Source: Nitrospinales bacterium
GTDB lineage: Bacteria > Nitrospinota > Nitrospinia > Nitrospinales > VA-1
DNA length: 64,000 nucleotides
Direction of reading: 5' to 3'
Assembly: GCA_965262115.1 (NCBI GenBank)
Contig: OZ253496.1
Coordinates: 1,344,001 to 1,408,000, forward strand
The notes beneath the pieces are model-generated. The model saw nothing but the letters and a program-made list of their open reading frames with translations, was not told the DNA's origin and did no database searches. A program made the translations under genes and the position numbers. Of the stretch, positions 24,701-36,083 are shown in pieces (the stretch's first letter is position 1; each line of letters starts with the position of its first letter).

Positions 24701-25818
24701 AGCGCCATTTTCTTTGGCAATCCACACTGGTGGAATTTCAAATGAGGCCCGACAACGATAACGGAACGGCCGGAATAATCCACCCGCTTGCCCAACAGGT
24801 TTTGCCGGAACCGACCCTGCTTACCTTTGAGCATGTCGCTCAAAGATTTCAAGGGACGCTTGTTGGTTCCGCGCAAGGTACGGCCTCTACGGCCGTTGTC
24901 GAACAGGGCCGAAACGGCTTCCTGCAACATTCTCTTTTCATTTCGGATGATGATCTGCGGTGCCTTCAATTCCTGCAGGCGTTTCAACCGGTTATTCCGG
25001 TTGATCACGCGCCGGTAAAGATCGTTCAGGTCAGAGGTGGCAAACCGTCCGCCATCCAGAGGAACCAGGGGGCGCAATTCAGGCGGAATCACGGGGACAA
25101 CTTGAAGGATCATCCATTCCGGCTTGTTGCCTGACTTACGAAACGCCTCAACAATCTTCAGTCGCTTGGCGACTTTTATTCGGTTCATCACCGACTTGGT
25201 GGTGACCATCTCCTCTTTCAGGTCCACTGAAAGGGTATCCAGATTCATCGGCTTGAGAAGTTCCGCAACTCCTTCAGCACCAATCATGGCTCGGAACGTA
25301 TCGGGGAACTCCATCTCCATTTCCCGATACTCTTCTTCGGTCAAAATCTGCCCGACTTCCATCTCCGAGTCACCGGGATCGGTCACCACATAATTTTCAA
25401 AATAAATAATACGTTCAAGATCTTTCAGGGGAATATCCAGCAAATGCCCGAGACGACTGGGCAAGCCCTTGAAATACCAGATATGGGCAACCGGGCTGGC
25501 CAGTTCAATATGTCCCAGACGTTCCCGGCGCACCTTCGAGAGAATGACTTCAACGCCACACTTCTCGCAAATGACACCCTTATGCTTCATCCTTTTATAT
25601 TTGCCGCAGGTGCACTCCCAGTCTTTGGCGGGCCCAAAAATCTTGGCACAGAACAGTCCGTCTCTTTCCGGCTTGAAAGTCCGGTAATTAATCGTTTCCG
25701 GTTTCTTAACCTCTCCATAAGACCAGGAACGGATTTTCTCCGGGGACGCAATCCGCACGCGGAGGGCATCAAACATAATGGGGTTTTTTGGTTTATCAAA
25801 ATATGTCAGGCTATCCAC
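21733..25818 (-). CDS. rpoC: RNA polymerase beta' subunit
   Basis: [37 protein letters not shown] start 25818 after AAGGAG. Confidence 0.99.
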   Translation of the reverse strand: MDSLTYFDKPKNPIMFDALRVRIASPEKIRSWSYGEVKKPETINYRTFKPERDGLFCAKIFGPAKDWECTCGKYKRMKHKGVICEKCGVEVILSKVRRERLGHIELASPVAHIWYFKGLPSRLGHLLDIPLKDLERIIYFENYVVTDPGDSEMEVGQILTEEEYREMEMEFPDTFRAMIGAEGVAELLKPMNLDTLSVDLKEEMVTTKSVMNRIKVAKRLKIVEAFRKSGNKPEWMILQVVPVIPPELRPLVPLDGGRFATSDLNDLYRRVINRNNRLKRLQELKAPQIIIRNEKRMLQEAVSALFDNGRRGRTLRGTNKRPLKSLSDMLKGKQGRFRQNLLGKRVDYSGRSVIVVGPHLKFHQCGLPKKMALELFKPFVFNRLEEKGYAATIKTAKKMVEQERSEVWEVLEEVVKGHPILLNRAPTLHRLGIQAFEPLLIEGKAIQVHPMVCTAFNADFDGDQMAVHVPLSMEARTECKLLMMSSNNILSPSNGKPIAVPTQDIVLGCYYMTKIRGNVKGAGKVFSGQKEVVAAYNADELDLQAQIMVRIEGVLTQTTTGRVLLGGVLPEGLPFELANRLMDKKSLSDLFSKSFLMVGREKTVTLLDEVKELGFKYATEAGLSISIDQMRIPKTKTQLVDKTNDEVLRVHKQYRDGLITNGERYNKVIDIWAHVTEKVSEEMFKELETEDEATVIGKNNKDFNSVFIMADSGARGSAQQLRQLAGMRGLMAKPSGEIIETPITANFREGLSVIQYFISTHGARKGLADTALKTANSGYLTRRLVDVAQDMIVQEEDCGTLKGIDAISLVEAGEIIQPLGERILGRTVLEDVVDPFTGDVLAKADSLIVEETVLDIENAGIEKIKMRSCLTCESRQGVCIKCYGRNMATLQWVEVGEPVGVIAAQSIGEPGTQLTMRTFHIGGTASRVVEQTTLNTKRGGLVKYMGLRTLKNRNAEIIVMNRNGSLVIQDETGREKEKFSVVYGAKLKVSDGQEVQEGQTLVEWDPYTNAILTEVSGTIAFGDIIEGVTMKEDFDEITGLSTKVIISHRDEKKQPRISLKDEKGGTVRRYILPAGANINVSEGDVVSAGDLIVKIPRESAKTKDITGGLPRVAELFEARKPHEQATITEISGTVKLGGFVKGMRKVIIVSESGDECEYLIPRGKHINVHEGDQVVAGEPLMDGASNPHDILRVLGEDELQKYLVNEVQEVYRLQGVQINDKHIEVIVRQMLRHLVIEDSGDTEFLVGEQVTKKVFNLANQEAIKNKKKPAEGAAVLLGITKSSLSTESFISAASFQETTRVLTEVSVGGKRDNLVGLKENVTMGRLIPAGTGCRAYSGIRIEEPEIEGAEKTEDQAPVAAE

Positions 25819-25926
25819 CAGGGACTTCTCCTTTTTAAGGTTTTCGCAAACCGCTAAAAATTTCTCTATATGATCCACACCACCGGGGAATCAACATCCG
25901 GCGGCTTTAATAACTATGTGAGGAAC

Positions 25927-28900
25927 CTACTTTTCCGACTCGATCAATTCAACATCAATGGCCAAGCTCTGCAACTCTTTAACCAGAACGTTGAACGATT
26001 CAGGCAGGCTGGGATTCAAATGGGTGTCTCCTTTGACAATCGCTTCATACATGCGCTTGCGACCTTCAACATCATCAGATTTTACCGTGAGCATTTCCTG
26101 CAGAGTATAAGCCGCACCATAAGCTTCCAGTGCCCAGACTTCCATCTCCCCGAGCCTCTGCCCACCAAACTGAGCCTTACCCCCAAGAGGCTGCTGAGTC
26201 ACCAGGGAATACGGACCGGTGGACCGCGCATGGATCTTGTCGTCGACCAGATGATGCAGTTTGAGCATATAGAGGTAACCCACCATCACCTTTTGGCGGA
26301 AATACTTTCCGGTCCTGCCATCATAAAGAGAAATCTCTCCTGATTCAGAACATTTGCCCTCGACCAGCAGTTGCCGGACTTCTTTTTCGTGGGCACCATC
26401 GAACACCGGTGTAGCCATGTGCTCACCTATGGCCTTAGCAGCCATACCTAAATTGGTTTCCAGAATCTGACCAACATTCATTCGCGAAGGCACACCCAGG
26501 GGATTGAGGATCAACTCTATCGGCTGACCACTTTCCATATAGGGCATATCTTCTTCCGGGACAATGGTCGAAACCACGCCCTTATTGCCGTGGCGTCCTG
26601 CCATTTTATCCCCCACCTGCAATTTGCGTTTCATGGCCATAAATACTTTGACCAACTTGATCACACCCGGAGCCAGGTCATCGCCTTTTTTCATACGCGA
26701 AACTTTTTCCTCCAGCATGGACTTCAAAATCTGGACCTGATCCCTGGAAGTGCTCTCCATTTCCAGAAGTACTTTGCCATCAACCCCTTTGGCCGGGACT
26801 TTGGCGAGATCCTTAATGCTCATTTTGGCGATCAACGTTTCATCAATTTCCTGCCCCTTCTTAAAAGTGACCCGCCCTACTGTTGTGGACTTTGTTGCTA
26901 CCTGGCCCAAAAGAAGGGAACGCATACTTTTCTCGGTTTCACTTTTTACGATCTTTATTTCATCGCCATAGTCCTTTTCAATGCGCGCTATTTCTTCCTC
27001 TTCTATAGCAAGGGTTCGCGAGTCTTTATCGATCCCCTTACGGGAAAAGACCTTGACGTCGATCACCTTTCCATAGATTCCGGGAGGAACCTTGAGGGAA
27101 GTATCGCGCACATCTCCGGCCTTTTCGCCAAAGATCGCTTTGAGAAGTTTTTCTTCCGGACTCAGCTGGGTCTCACCCTTGGGGGTGATTTTACCAACCA
27201 TAATGTCATTAGGCTTTACGCTGGCACCAATGCGGATGATTCCGCTTTCATCCAGATTTTTCAGAGCGTCTTCGCCCACATTGGAGATATCTCGGGTGAT
27301 TTCCTCTTTACCCTGCTTGGTGTCACGGGCCTCAACCTCAAACTCTTCAATATGAATAGAGGTGTACACATCTTCTTTAACCAGCTTTTCACTGACGATG
27401 ATGGCATCTTCAAAGTTGTACCCGGCCCAAGGCATGAACGCCACCAGGATATTTCTGCCCAAAGCCAGCTCACCATGATCGGTAGAAGGCCCATCCGCAA
27501 GCACGTCACCACGCTTGATCTTGTCCCCTGAATACACGCGGGGACGCTGGTTGATGCAGGTGTTCTGGTTCGACCGTTGATATTTGTTCAGCGTATAAAT
27601 ATCCACATTAGAAGCCAGTTGACTACGCTTGGTCTTGATCCTGCCTTCGGACTTCTTTTCGGTGCGCACAACAATGCGGGTCGCATCGGCACTGATGACC
27701 GTGCCATTATTTTCAGCGATCACCACTGCTCCGGAATCATGAGCCACAATCGCTTCCATACCGGTTCCCACCAGAGGCGCTTCGGCCCGTAAAAGGGGCA
27801 CCGCCTGCCTCTGCATGTTTGAACCCATAAGAGCCCTGTTGGCGTCATCGTTTTCAAGGAAAGGGATTAAAGATGCCGCCACACTGATCAACTGCTTGGG
27901 GGACACATCCATATAATCTATTTTTTCACTGGGAGATAAGATAAAATCGCCGCCCTTTCTGGCCGGCACGATAGGCTGGACGAATTTCATTTTTGCATCC
28001 AACTCTACGTTGGCTTGAGCGATAATAAATTTATCCTCAATCAAGGCGGTGTGGAAATCCACATCGTCTTTCGCAACCGAATTTTCCACCTTACGGTAGG
28101 GCGTTTCAATAAAACCATAATCATTCACCCTGGCATAGGTGCTCAAGGAAGCGATCAGCCCAATATTCGGGCCTTCCGGGGTTTCAATGGGACATATACG
28201 TCCATAATGCGTTGGATGCACATCCCGCACCTCGAATCCCGCCCGCTCCCGGGTCAAACCGCCGGGTCCCAAAGCACTCAACCGCCTCTTGTGCGTCACC
28301 TCGGACAAGGGATTGGTCTGGTCCATAAACTGGGACAGCTGACTGCTGCCAAAAAATTCTTTAATTGCGGCAGTCACAGGTTTGGAGTTGATCAGGTCAT
28401 GCGGCATGGAAACATCCAGATCCTGGATAGACATGCGCTCAATGATAGCCCGCTCCATTCGCACCATTCCCACGCGGAACTGATTTTCCAGCGATTCTCC
28501 CATAGCGCGAACCCTGCGGTTGCCGAGATGGTCGATATCGTCGATAACACCAATGCTATTTCTGAGATCGACAATGTATTTCACCACAGCGACTAAATCT
28601 TCCAAGGTCAATAACCGGTTTTCCAGAGAAATGTCCAACCCGAACTTCTGGTTCATCTTGATCCTGCCAACAACGGATAAATTATATCGCTTGGGGTTGA
28701 AGAACAAATTGCCGAACAACGACCTTGCAATTTCAGGTGTCGGAGGATCTCCCGGACGAAGCCTCTTGTAAACTTCACGAATAGCATCATCCTGAGTCTG
28801 GGTCTTGGCCGCAACCATGGTGTCGCGAATCACAGTGTCAGAAGATTCTTCATCGATATGAAGAATTTGAATTTCACTGAGCTTATTCTTTTTTATAACC

Positions 28901-30144
28901 TCAAAAATGCCTTCGGTGATTTCCTGATTTGACTCGACCTCTATCTCGCCGGTCTCGGGGTCAATGATTTCGTCATAAAGGTACCGGCCAATCAAACTTT
29001 CAGGGTCAATCTCAACCTTCACCGACCGAGACATTTTGCCCAGCTTCTTTGCAACGGCTACCGTAACTTTCTTGCCCGACTTGAGCAAAACATCATCGGT
29101 TTTGGAATCGATCACATCCTCTTTAACCTTGAACCCAATCAACAGGTTCTTGCTGCTCATGAAACATCGAGAATCCTTACCACTGATACTAACTTTCTCG
29201 ATCGCATAATAGGTTTTCAGAATGGTCTTGTTGTCCATGCCGAAGGCTTGAAGCAGGATGGTCGCGGGCAATTTGCGCCGGCGGTCAATTTTGACGTGCA
29301 GAATGTCTTTAATGTCAAACTCGAAGTCCACCCATGAACCCCGGTCAGGAATGATCCTCGCCGAGAAAAGAATCTTGCCGCTGGCGTGGGATTTGCCTTT
29401 ATCGTGTGAGAAAAACGCACCCGGGGAACGGTGCATCTGGCTGACGATGACCCGCTCGACTCCGTTTATCATAAACGTTCCGGTCGGACCCATCATCGGC
29501 ATTTCACCGAGGAATATTTTCTGCTCCTTGACTTCCCTGACAGAGTTAACGGTGACTTGGGAAACCTTTTCGGTCGTCAAACGTTTCAGAATATCATCGG
29601 TGACTGGCGTTTTTGCGGAAATCAGAGTTTTCGTGGTCTGCGGACGCTTGACCTCTTCGACAATAATTTTATCCCGCAAGTACTTTAAGTTACGGGCGTT
29701 GACATCCACCGCTTCCCGATCGAAAAGAACCAGGCGGACCATTATTTTTATCGGATCAGAATAGGTGAGGCCTTTCTGCCTGCACTCGCTGAGCTTGTGC
29801 TTTTCTTTATAGGTGACTTCCTGCTTACAGGTGGAACACACCACAGCCAGGCCGCCGAGTTCCTTGAACTCGCCGCAACCGCACTCCCAGATGCCGACTT
29901 CAAAGCCGACATACTCGATGCGAGCATTGATATTAAGGTCAGAAATTGGAAAGACATCACTAAAGACCTCTTCCAATCCTCTCAACCCGCGTTCGCCGGG
30001 GGCGACATCCCATTGCAGGAAATATTCGAATGATTTTTTCTGGATCTCGATCAGATTGGGAATACCTATGACCGTAGGAATCCGGGCGAAGTTTTTTCTT
30101 TTTCTGAAATTGCCTAGCACTCTCTGGGAACGGTTCTTCGACAT
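25927..30144 (-). CDS. rpoB: RNA polymerase beta subunit
   Basis: [50 protein letters not shown]. Confidence 0.99.
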   Translation of the reverse strand: MSKNRSQRVLGNFRKRKNFARIPTVIGIPNLIEIQKKSFEYFLQWDVAPGERGLRGLEEVFSDVFPISDLNINARIEYVGFEVGIWECGCGEFKELGGLAVVCSTCKQEVTYKEKHKLSECRQKGLTYSDPIKIMVRLVLFDREAVDVNARNLKYLRDKIIVEEVKRPQTTKTLISAKTPVTDDILKRLTTEKVSQVTVNSVREVKEQKIFLGEMPMMGPTGTFMINGVERVIVSQMHRSPGAFFSHDKGKSHASGKILFSARIIPDRGSWVDFEFDIKDILHVKIDRRRKLPATILLQAFGMDNKTILKTYYAIEKVSISGKDSRCFMSSKNLLIGFKVKEDVIDSKTDDVLLKSGKKVTVAVAKKLGKMSRSVKVEIDPESLIGRYLYDEIIDPETGEIEVESNQEITEGIFEVIKKNKLSEIQILHIDEESSDTVIRDTMVAAKTQTQDDAIREVYKRLRPGDPPTPEIARSLFGNLFFNPKRYNLSVVGRIKMNQKFGLDISLENRLLTLEDLVAVVKYIVDLRNSIGVIDDIDHLGNRRVRAMGESLENQFRVGMVRMERAIIERMSIQDLDVSMPHDLINSKPVTAAIKEFFGSSQLSQFMDQTNPLSEVTHKRRLSALGPGGLTRERAGFEVRDVHPTHYGRICPIETPEGPNIGLIASLSTYARVNDYGFIETPYRKVENSVAKDDVDFHTALIEDKFIIAQANVELDAKMKFVQPIVPARKGGDFILSPSEKIDYMDVSPKQLISVAASLIPFLENDDANRALMGSNMQRQAVPLLRAEAPLVGTGMEAIVAHDSGAVVIAENNGTVISADATRIVVRTEKKSEGRIKTKRSQLASNVDIYTLNKYQRSNQNTCINQRPRVYSGDKIKRGDVLADGPSTDHGELALGRNILVAFMPWAGYNFEDAIIVSEKLVKEDVYTSIHIEEFEVEARDTKQGKEEITRDISNVGEDALKNLDESGIIRIGASVKPNDIMVGKITPKGETQLSPEEKLLKAIFGEKAGDVRDTSLKVPPGIYGKVIDVKVFSRKGIDKDSRTLAIEEEEIARIEKDYGDEIKIVKSETEKSMRSLLLGQVATKSTTVGRVTFKKGQEIDETLIAKMSIKDLAKVPAKGVDGKVLLEMESTSRDQVQILKSMLEEKVSRMKKGDDLAPGVIKLVKVFMAMKRKLQVGDKMAGRHGNKGVVSTIVPEEDMPYMESGQPIELILNPLGVPSRMNVGQILETNLGMAAKAIGEHMATPVFDGAHEKEVRQLLVEGKCSESGEISLYDGRTGKYFRQKVMVGYLYMLKLHHLVDDKIHARSTGPYSLVTQQPLGGKAQFGGQRLGEMEVWALEAYGAAYTLQEMLTVKSDDVEGRKRMYEAIVKGDTHLNPSLPESFNVLVKELQSLAIDVELIESEK

Positions 30145-30225
30145 AAGGTTACATCCTTCTAAAAGAAAGATTAACGGAAAATTTACCTGTTAAGGCGTGG
30201 GTAAAGTTACTATCCCGGATTTCCG

Positions 30226-30603
30226 TTACTTAACCTCCACCGTTCCACCCGCCGCTTCAACTTTCGTTTTAATTTCTTCGGCTTCTTCTTTCTTCACGCC
30301 TTCTTTGATCGCCTTGGGAGCACCTTCTACCAAATCCTTAGCATCTTTCAAACCCAAGCCTGTAATGGTCCGGACTTCCTTGATAACCTGGATTTTCTTA
30401 TCGCCTATTACAGTAAGAATCACGTCAAACTCTGTCTTCTCTTCAGCGGCAGCTTCTCCGCCTCCCGCAGGTGCTGCAACCGCGACCGCAGGTGCCGCCG
30501 CAGTCACACCATACTTATCTTCTAATTCTTTTACGAACTCAGACATTTCCAAAACAGTCATAGTATCTATGAAGGAAACTACCTCCTCCTTTGTGACGGC
30601 CAT
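30226..30603 (-). CDS. rplL: 50S ribosomal protein L7/L12
   Basis: [10 protein letters not shown]...[24 protein letters not shown]. Confidence 0.99.
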   Translation of the reverse strand: MAVTKEEVVSFIDTMTVLEMSEFVKELEDKYGVTAAAPAVAVAAPAGGGEAAAEEKTEFDVILTVIGDKKIQVIKEVRTITGLGLKDAKDLVEGAPKAIKEGVKKEEAEEIKTKVEAAGGTVEVK

Positions 30604-30686
30604 TACGCCCTCCTTTCGATAATTGTGGTATCTAAAACCTGGTTTAATTTAAAAAAATATCTTACAACGGCCCCCTACAGGCCGGT

Positions 30687-31214
30687 TTATTCGGATGCCT
30701 TTTTCTCGCGAACCGCGTCCAGCGTTCCCACCAACTTTCTCAGCAGGCTACTGAAAACACCGACAAAATTTGTCGCAGGCCCATTGAAAACCGCCAGCAT
30801 TTGGGAAATAAGAACTTCCCTGGAAGGCAGGTCCGCAAGAGCTTTAACTTCTGCAGGAGAAATCTTCTTCCCCTCAATCACACCGCAAATCACTTTAGGG
30901 CTCTTCTCAACTCCGGACTTCGCGTACTCCGCCAGAACCTTGGCAGGAGCCACCGCATCCTCAAAGCTGACCACCAGAGAAACCGGGCCCTTAAACTCCT
31001 CATCCAGCAACTCAAAAGGGGTGTTTTTCGCGGCCTGCCGGGCCAGGGTATTTTTAATCACACGAAAGTCCACAGACTTGGACCGCATATGACTGCGTAA
31101 CTGGGTCAACTGAGGCGCTTCGATTCCCTGATAGTCCGCAAGAACGGCCGACTTGGCCTTTAGAAACAGCCCGTTTAATTCTTCAACCTTCTTTATCTTT
31201 TCTGCGTTTGGCAC
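30687..31214 (-). CDS. rplJ: 50S ribosomal protein L10
   Basis: LADYQG...RVIKNTLA...LADLPSRE; likely GTG start 31214. Confidence 0.96.
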   Translation of the reverse strand: MPNAEKIKKVEELNGLFLKAKSAVLADYQGIEAPQLTQLRSHMRSKSVDFRVIKNTLARQAAKNTPFELLDEEFKGPVSLVVSFEDAVAPAKVLAEYAKSGVEKSPKVICGVIEGKKISPAEVKALADLPSREVLISQMLAVFNGPATNFVGVFSSLLRKLVGTLDAVREKKASE

Positions 31215-31269
31215 GTCAGCCACCCCTCTCATTCCGTCTTCCGCCCCAAAGGAACGAAAAACTTATCCA

Positions 31270-31959
31270 TCAATTGGGCGTATAAGCCACTCTAACTCCA
31301 ACACCCATAGTCGTTGACACTGAAACACCCTTGACATAATGCCCCTTGCTTGAGGCCGGCTTGGCCTTCACAAGAGCTGTCATCAGGGTATGAAAATTTT
31401 CCTCCAAAGCTTCCACCGAAAAACTGGCTTTACCTAAAGAGGCGTGGACGATACCACTCTTATCAACCCGGTAGTCCACCTTGCCGGCTTGAATAGACTC
31501 AATGGCCTGCTTGACATCAAAAGTCACCGTGCCCGTTTTGGGATTAGGCATCAACCCCCGAGGACCCAGGATTTTTCCCAGCTTGCCTACTTGACCCATC
31601 ATATCGGGCGTGGCCACCACACGGTCAAACTCCATCCACCCGCCCTGGATCTTCGCGACCAGATCATCACTGCCAACCACTTCGGCGCCGGCATCTTTGG
31701 CCTCTTTTTCTTTTTCACCTTTCGCGAATACCAGCACACGAAATTTCTTTCCGGTCCCCTTGGGCAACACAACACTACCGCGGATATTTTGATCGGTTTT
31801 CCTGGGATCAACTCTCAGCCGAACAGCCACATCCAATGACTCATCAAATTTTTCGCATTTAACAGCAACCGCCAACCCCAAGGCTTCCTTCAATTCATAC
31901 CGGGTATCAGGGTCAACTTTTTCTGCGCCGGCCCTGTGCCTTTTTCCATGCTTTGCCAT
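31270..31959 (-). CDS. rplA: 50S ribosomal protein L1
   Basis: KFDES...[20 protein letters not shown]...STTMG. Confidence 0.99.
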   Translation of the reverse strand: MAKHGKRHRAGAEKVDPDTRYELKEALGLAVAVKCEKFDESLDVAVRLRVDPRKTDQNIRGSVVLPKGTGKKFRVLVFAKGEKEKEAKDAGAEVVGSDDLVAKIQGGWMEFDRVVATPDMMGQVGKLGKILGPRGLMPNPKTGTVTFDVKQAIESIQAGKVDYRVDKSGIVHASLGKASFSVEALEENFHTLMTALVKAKPASSKGHYVKGVSVSTTMGVGVRVAYTPN

Positions 31960-31983
31960 AATTTTATTCCTGCCTACTTGCGG

Positions 31984-32412
31984 TTAATTCTCAACGGTCA
32001 GACCCATGCTTTTTGCCGAGCCTTTTATGATCTGCATCGCGGCTTCAACATCTCCAGCATTCAAGTCTTCCATTTTAACTTTTGCGATCTCTCGAACCTG
32101 CTCCTCGGTCACCGTGCCGACAAACTCCTTACTCGGATTCGAGGAACCTTTTGCGATCCCCGCTGCCTGCTTCAACAAAGCCGAAGCGGGAGGAGATTTT
32201 GTAATAAAAGAAAAGCCCTTGTCCTTATAAACATCAATGATCACAGGAATGATACTGCCTTCCTGGCCCTGGGTTTTGGCGTTAAAGGATTTACAGAAAT
32301 CCATAATGTTCACACCGTGCTGACCCAATGCCGGCCCAACAGGCGGTGACGGGGTGGCCTGCCCGGCAGGAATTTGCAACTTGATCTGACTCATCACTTG
32401 TTTTGTTGCCAC
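31984..32412 (-). CDS. rplK: 50S ribosomal protein L11
   Basis: [34 protein letters not shown]. Confidence 0.99.
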   Translation of the reverse strand: MATKQVMSQIKLQIPAGQATPSPPVGPALGQHGVNIMDFCKSFNAKTQGQEGSIIPVIIDVYKDKGFSFITKSPPASALLKQAAGIAKGSSNPSKEFVGTVTEEQVREIAKVKMEDLNAGDVEAAMQIIKGSAKSMGLTVEN

Positions 32413-32457
32413 TATCTGATCCCCTTATTTATCTGCTATATATTGCACGATTACTGA

Positions 32458-32988
32458 TTAAACCCGCTCGATCTGGGGAAATTCCAATTCTACCGGAGTG
32501 GCACGCCCAAAAATCAAAACCATGACCTTGACTTTACCCTTGTCATGATTGACATCCTCAACAGTTCCATTGAAATTCAGGAACGGCCCCTCTATGACCC
32601 TCACGCTCTCACCTTTCTCAAAAGAGAATTTCGGCTTGGGCCGTGCAGATTCTCCCTTAATCTGATTCATGATCAACTTAATTTCTTCCTCCGACAGAGG
32701 AACAGGCTCGTCTCCCCCACCTAAAAAACCGGTGACTTTGGGAGTATTTTTGATCATGTACCAGATATCCTGATTCATCTCGACATTGATCAGGATATAT
32801 CCCGGGAAAAACTTCCTTGAGGAAACTTTTTTCTTACCCTTGCGCACCTCAACCACCTCTTCGGTCGGTATAACCACCTCACCAAAGTTTTCGCTGTAGT
32901 TGGAATGCCCGAACTGCTCTTCTATATTTAACTTCACCTTCCGCTCAAAGCCGGAATAGGTGTGAATAACAAACCATTGCCTGGACAA
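32458..32988 (-). CDS. nusG: Transcription factor NusG
   Basis: WFVIHTYSGFE...FFPGYILI...TPKVTGF...GPF...IFGRATPVEL; TTG start after GGAGG. Confidence 0.98.
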   Translation of the reverse strand: MSRQWFVIHTYSGFERKVKLNIEEQFGHSNYSENFGEVVIPTEEVVEVRKGKKKVSSRKFFPGYILINVEMNQDIWYMIKNTPKVTGFLGGGDEPVPLSEEEIKLIMNQIKGESARPKPKFSFEKGESVRVIEGPFLNFNGTVEDVNHDKGKVKVMVLIFGRATPVELEFPQIERV

Positions 32989-33005
32989 GGTACCTCCGTC
33001 AGATA

Positions 33006-33188
33006 TCATATAATACTCTGCACAATCTTCGAGAGAATCGCGTCGACAATCCCCAGAAACAAGGCCATTATCAAAACCACCACAACCACTACGGCGGTAC
33101 CGCCCATGGCCTCTGCACGGGTAGGCCAAGTCACCCTCTTGACCTCAGCTCTCACCTCGGCCAAAAACCCAAAAGCTTTTTCAATCAT
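33006..33188 (-). CDS. secE: Preprotein translocase subunit SecE
   Basis: EVRAEVKRVTWPTR plus one TM helix; lies between tRNA-Trp and nusG. Confidence 0.97.
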   Translation of the reverse strand: MIEKAFGFLAEVRAEVKRVTWPTRAEAMGGTAVVVVVVLIMALFLGIVDAILSKIVQSII

Positions 33189-33209
33189 AGTCCCTCAACC
33201 AAGTTTCAA

Positions 33210-33282
33210 CAGGCCAGGAGGGATTCGAACCCCCAACCCTCGGATTTGGAATCCGATGCTCTACCGTTAGAGCTACTGACCT
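33210..33282 (-). tRNA. tRNA-Trp(CCA), 3' CCA not encoded
   Basis: AGGTCAGTAGCTCTAACGGTAGAGCATCGGATTCCAAATCCGA...GGTTCGAATCC...; canonical position before secE. Confidence 0.96.
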
Positions 33283-33380
33283 AATTCGGAATCCGCGCCA
33301 GTTTATAGGAAGGGGAGGAATATTTCCGCCTGCCCGATCGCCCGGACATTCGCCCTCACTCCCAACCGTCCGATTTTTCT

Positions 33381-33530
33381 TTATTTGGTTTCCTTATGGG
33401 GGGTGTGTTTTCTGCAAAACCTACAGTATTTCTTGAATTCCAACCTTTGCGTGGTGGTCTTCTTGTTTTTAGTCCCCGAATAATTCTTCCGATTACAATC
33501 AGAACATGCCAAATGAACGATAACTCTCAT
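33381..33530 (-). CDS. rpmG: 50S ribosomal protein L33 (Zn-binding type)
   Basis: Manual translation: [49 protein letters not shown]. Confidence 0.97.
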   Translation of the reverse strand: MRVIVHLACSDCNRKNYSGTKNKKTTTQRLEFKKYCRFCRKHTPHKETK

Positions 33531-33628
33531 GATTATTTACTCAACCTTTGTATCCGACAGCCTCACCCCCTACCGGCCGCAAGACATTTATAATCTCTAT
33601 CAAACCCAGGAACCACCCAATGGAAACC

Positions 33629-33703
33629 TGGAGCCCACGATCGGGATTGAACCGATGACCTCTTCCTTACCAAGGAAGTGCTCCACCACTGAGCTACGTG
33701 GGC
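33629..33703 (-). tRNA. tRNA-Thr(GGT)
   Basis: GCCCACGTAGCTCAGTGG...CTTGGTAAG...GGTTCAATCC...GTGGGCTCCA. Confidence 0.96.
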
Positions 33704-33739
33704 GTTAAATACTGACTCCCAATACCCGGTCAAAGGTGG

Positions 33740-33816
33740 TGGAGCGGGAAACCGGACTCGAACCGGCGACCCTCAGCTTGGAAGGCTGACGCTCTAGCCA
33801 ACTGAGCTATTCCCGC
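33740..33816 (-). tRNA. tRNA-Gly(TCC)
   Basis: GCGGGAATAGCTCAGTTGG...CCTTCCAAG...GGTTCGAGTCC...CCCGCTCCA. Confidence 0.96.
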
Positions 33817-33841
33817 AAGTCCATCCAACCTAAATTCAGGA

Positions 33842-33923
33842 TGGGGAGGGGAGGATTCGAACCTCCGAAGGCTGAGCCGACAGATTTACAGTCTGTTCCC
33901 TTTGGCCACTCGGGAACCTCCCC
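33842..33923 (-). tRNA. tRNA-Tyr(GTA)
   Basis: GGGGAGGTTCCCGAGTGGCCAAAGGG...ACTGTAAAT..., long variable arm, GGTTCGAATCC. Confidence 0.96.
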
Positions 33924-34018
33924 GTCATTATGGGTGAACCATCACAACCCCACAGTCGGTCATCGCCCAGCCTCCATAGCAGGGCACCGGAATCCTTTTT
34001 AAACCAGTCAATTAAAAC

Positions 34019-34094
34019 TGGAGCTGGCAAAGGGACTCGAACCCCCGACCTGCTGATTACAAATCAGCTGCTCTACCAACTGAGCTACGCCAGC
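34019..34094 (-). tRNA. tRNA-Thr(TGT)
   Basis: GCTGGCGTAGCTCAGTTGGTAGAGC...ATTTGTAAT...GGTTCGAGTCC...CCAGCTCCA. Confidence 0.96.
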
Positions 34095-34114
34095 TCAGCA
34101 AATAAAAAACCCCC

Positions 34115-34143
34115 ATATTACACTTTGATTTTCAAAGTTTCAA
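34115..34143 (-). promoter_or_regulatory. Putative promoter of the tRNA cluster
   Basis: TTGAAA-17 nt-TAATAT followed by a G-rich discriminator, 20 bp before tRNA-Thr. Confidence 0.6.
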
Positions 34144-34540
34144 TACCAATTGGAGGTTTTCAGCTATTTCATTAAGATTAACAGGATGTATTGCCGCGAA
34201 AGGGTGATATTGCGACGCACTATAGCATGGGCGAATGTCTTTTAATAGAAAAAAACGCCCCACTTGCACTATTAAGCGAAGAATTTTAACACTGAAAATT
34301 CCCAAATACTAGATTTTTTTCTTTCTTGTCTCAATTTCCGAAAAAAAAACATCTTCCCGCCCAAACGAGCCATTTTCAAAACTGGTTCCTGCCAGAACCC
34401 TGGCGAGCTATTTTCCGCTTCCCGGAAGGTTTCTTTAAATACTCTTTGTCCTGCATTTCCTGGATCGACTGAAGCTTGGCTTTGCAGAAATGAGCCTAAC
34501 GGAAATTATAGTAATCGACCGAATTCTGCGCATCCTGGGA

Positions 34541-34669
34541 GAGACCTTTGCGTAAGTCTATAAAGCAAAAAAGCGAGATGCTTCGACAAGCTCAGCATGA
34601 CAATAAAAGGCTATTTTTTCATTCTGAGGAGCTATTGCAACGAAGAATATTGGGTTATGCAAAGGTCTC
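34541..34669. mobile_element. 129-bp MITE with 9-bp target site duplication
   Basis: Ends GAGACCTTTGCGTAA / TTATGCAAAGGTCTC. ATCCTGGGA flanks both sides (34532-34540 and 34670-34678). Confidence 0.9.
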
Positions 34670-34837
34670 ATCCTGGGAGGAGACAAAGTGGGGAATTGCT
34701 TCCACCCTTGATTCCACAGGCGGAAAGAAAAAACACCATTCCCGCTGTCCCAATGATTTTAAACAACCTTGGCATACGACCACAAATCAAATAATTCTTT
34801 TTATATCAATAGATTATACGAAAATCCCTGTTTCCCG

Positions 34838-36073
34838 TCAAGCTTTGGGGCTAATTTGCTGGGATGCGGGGAAAAGGGCATCGGGTTCCCCGTCCATCCT
34901 ATAAAAATCCACTTCACAGCGATGAGGTTCGAAGGGCACATCCCACCAAGGCCCTGAATAAGAAGGAGAAACGCGGAATCCAATCAAATCTGCCTTTTGT
35001 CCAGGTGCGAGGGTGCCGCACTGCAACCCCAAAGCTTCTGCACCCCCAGCAGTTGCCATAGTAAGTATTTCCTGTCGGCTGACATCGGGCAAAAGTTTAT
35101 CAGCCATACGCAACTCGTCGAGAAAATTGAGAGAATCATTGCTGGCTAGTGAATCGGTTCCTAGAGCCACATTCATTCCCCTATCCAGCAAAGCGCGAAC
35201 CGGCGTGAATTGCGTCCGGCCAAACCACGCGGTGCTCTTGGGGCAAAACACCGCGCTAACCTTTTTCTCTTCCATAGTATCCAGATCGTCTGAGACAAAA
35301 TTGCAGTGCACAGCGATAAGACAATCCAAAATTTCAAGTGAAGAAAGATATTGCATCGGCGTTTTATAGGGAGGTTGCCATTCGGGGTCCCAGGCAGACC
35401 TTTCCTTTAACAATTCTTCCAGTGAATTGTCACCGATCACAAGAAACCTGGACTCTTCTTTGGTTTCCGCAACATGGCAGGAAAGCGGGCAATGATATTT
35501 CTTGGCCAGTTGCGAAAGATGCCGGAACAGATCGGGAGAAACAGAATAAGGCGCATGCGGCGCCAAGCCCAACTGATAAAGCGGAGAAACGCATTCACGT
35601 TGTAAAACCTCTTCCAGGTTTTTGCAAAGCATCTGCGCTTTTTCGGAATGAAATCCTATCGTCTCCAAGAACAACACGGAGCGAAAACCCAACCCGCCAA
35701 TCACAGGCAACAGTTCAGGCTCGGCAACATAGTCTCCCAGCGCGGTCACGCCGGAACGCTTCATCACTTCAGCACCAGCGCAAATTCCCCGGACCCGGCT
35801 CTCGTTATCGAGAGCGGAGTTCAGCGGGATCAACGCACGTATCCAATCCGCAAATGAGTCAGAAGGAGAAAGTTTTTTTTCAAGGGCGGTCAAACTGAGG
35901 TGGCAATGCGCGTTGACAAACCCCGGCATGAGCAGGCAGTCGGAAAGATCCACATCATCATTGCCCGATTGGGTTGTTGAGATCTCGACAATGTTGCCGC
36001 CTTCGATAATCAACTCACCGTTTTCAACGGGGTCTCCGCAAATTGTCAGCAAACCCCGGAATTTAATTTTCAT
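34838..36073 (-). CDS. Metal-dependent amidohydrolase (nucleoside/aminofutalosine deaminase-like)
   Basis: MPGFVNAHCH, APHAPYSV, HVAET, AVHCN, ALGTDS motifs. Confidence 0.85.
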   Translation of the reverse strand: MKIKFRGLLTICGDPVENGELIIEGGNIVEISTTQSGNDDVDLSDCLLMPGFVNAHCHLSLTALEKKLSPSDSFADWIRALIPLNSALDNESRVRGICAGAEVMKRSGVTALGDYVAEPELLPVIGGLGFRSVLFLETIGFHSEKAQMLCKNLEEVLQRECVSPLYQLGLAPHAPYSVSPDLFRHLSQLAKKYHCPLSCHVAETKEESRFLVIGDNSLEELLKERSAWDPEWQPPYKTPMQYLSSLEILDCLIAVHCNFVSDDLDTMEEKKVSAVFCPKSTAWFGRTQFTPVRALLDRGMNVALGTDSLASNDSLNFLDELRMADKLLPDVSRQEILTMATAGGAEALGLQCGTLAPGQKADLIGFRVSPSYSGPWWDVPFEPHRCEVDFYRMDGEPDALFPASQQISPKA

Positions 36074-36083
36074 AGCCTGATTT

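Noticed and set aside
28240..28360. Rifampicin-resistance changes in RpoB (and streptomycin changes in S12)
   Set aside because: The RpoB cluster I sequence and S12 PKKPNSA match the usual sensitive consensus.
31215..31269. L10 leader RNA before rplJ
   Set aside because: The spacer is about 55 bp, too short for the known structure.
2..33270. Long plus-strand ORFs opposite rho, ribosomal, tuf, fusA and rpoBC genes
   Set aside because: Antisense shadows of conserved genes with no recognisable motifs.
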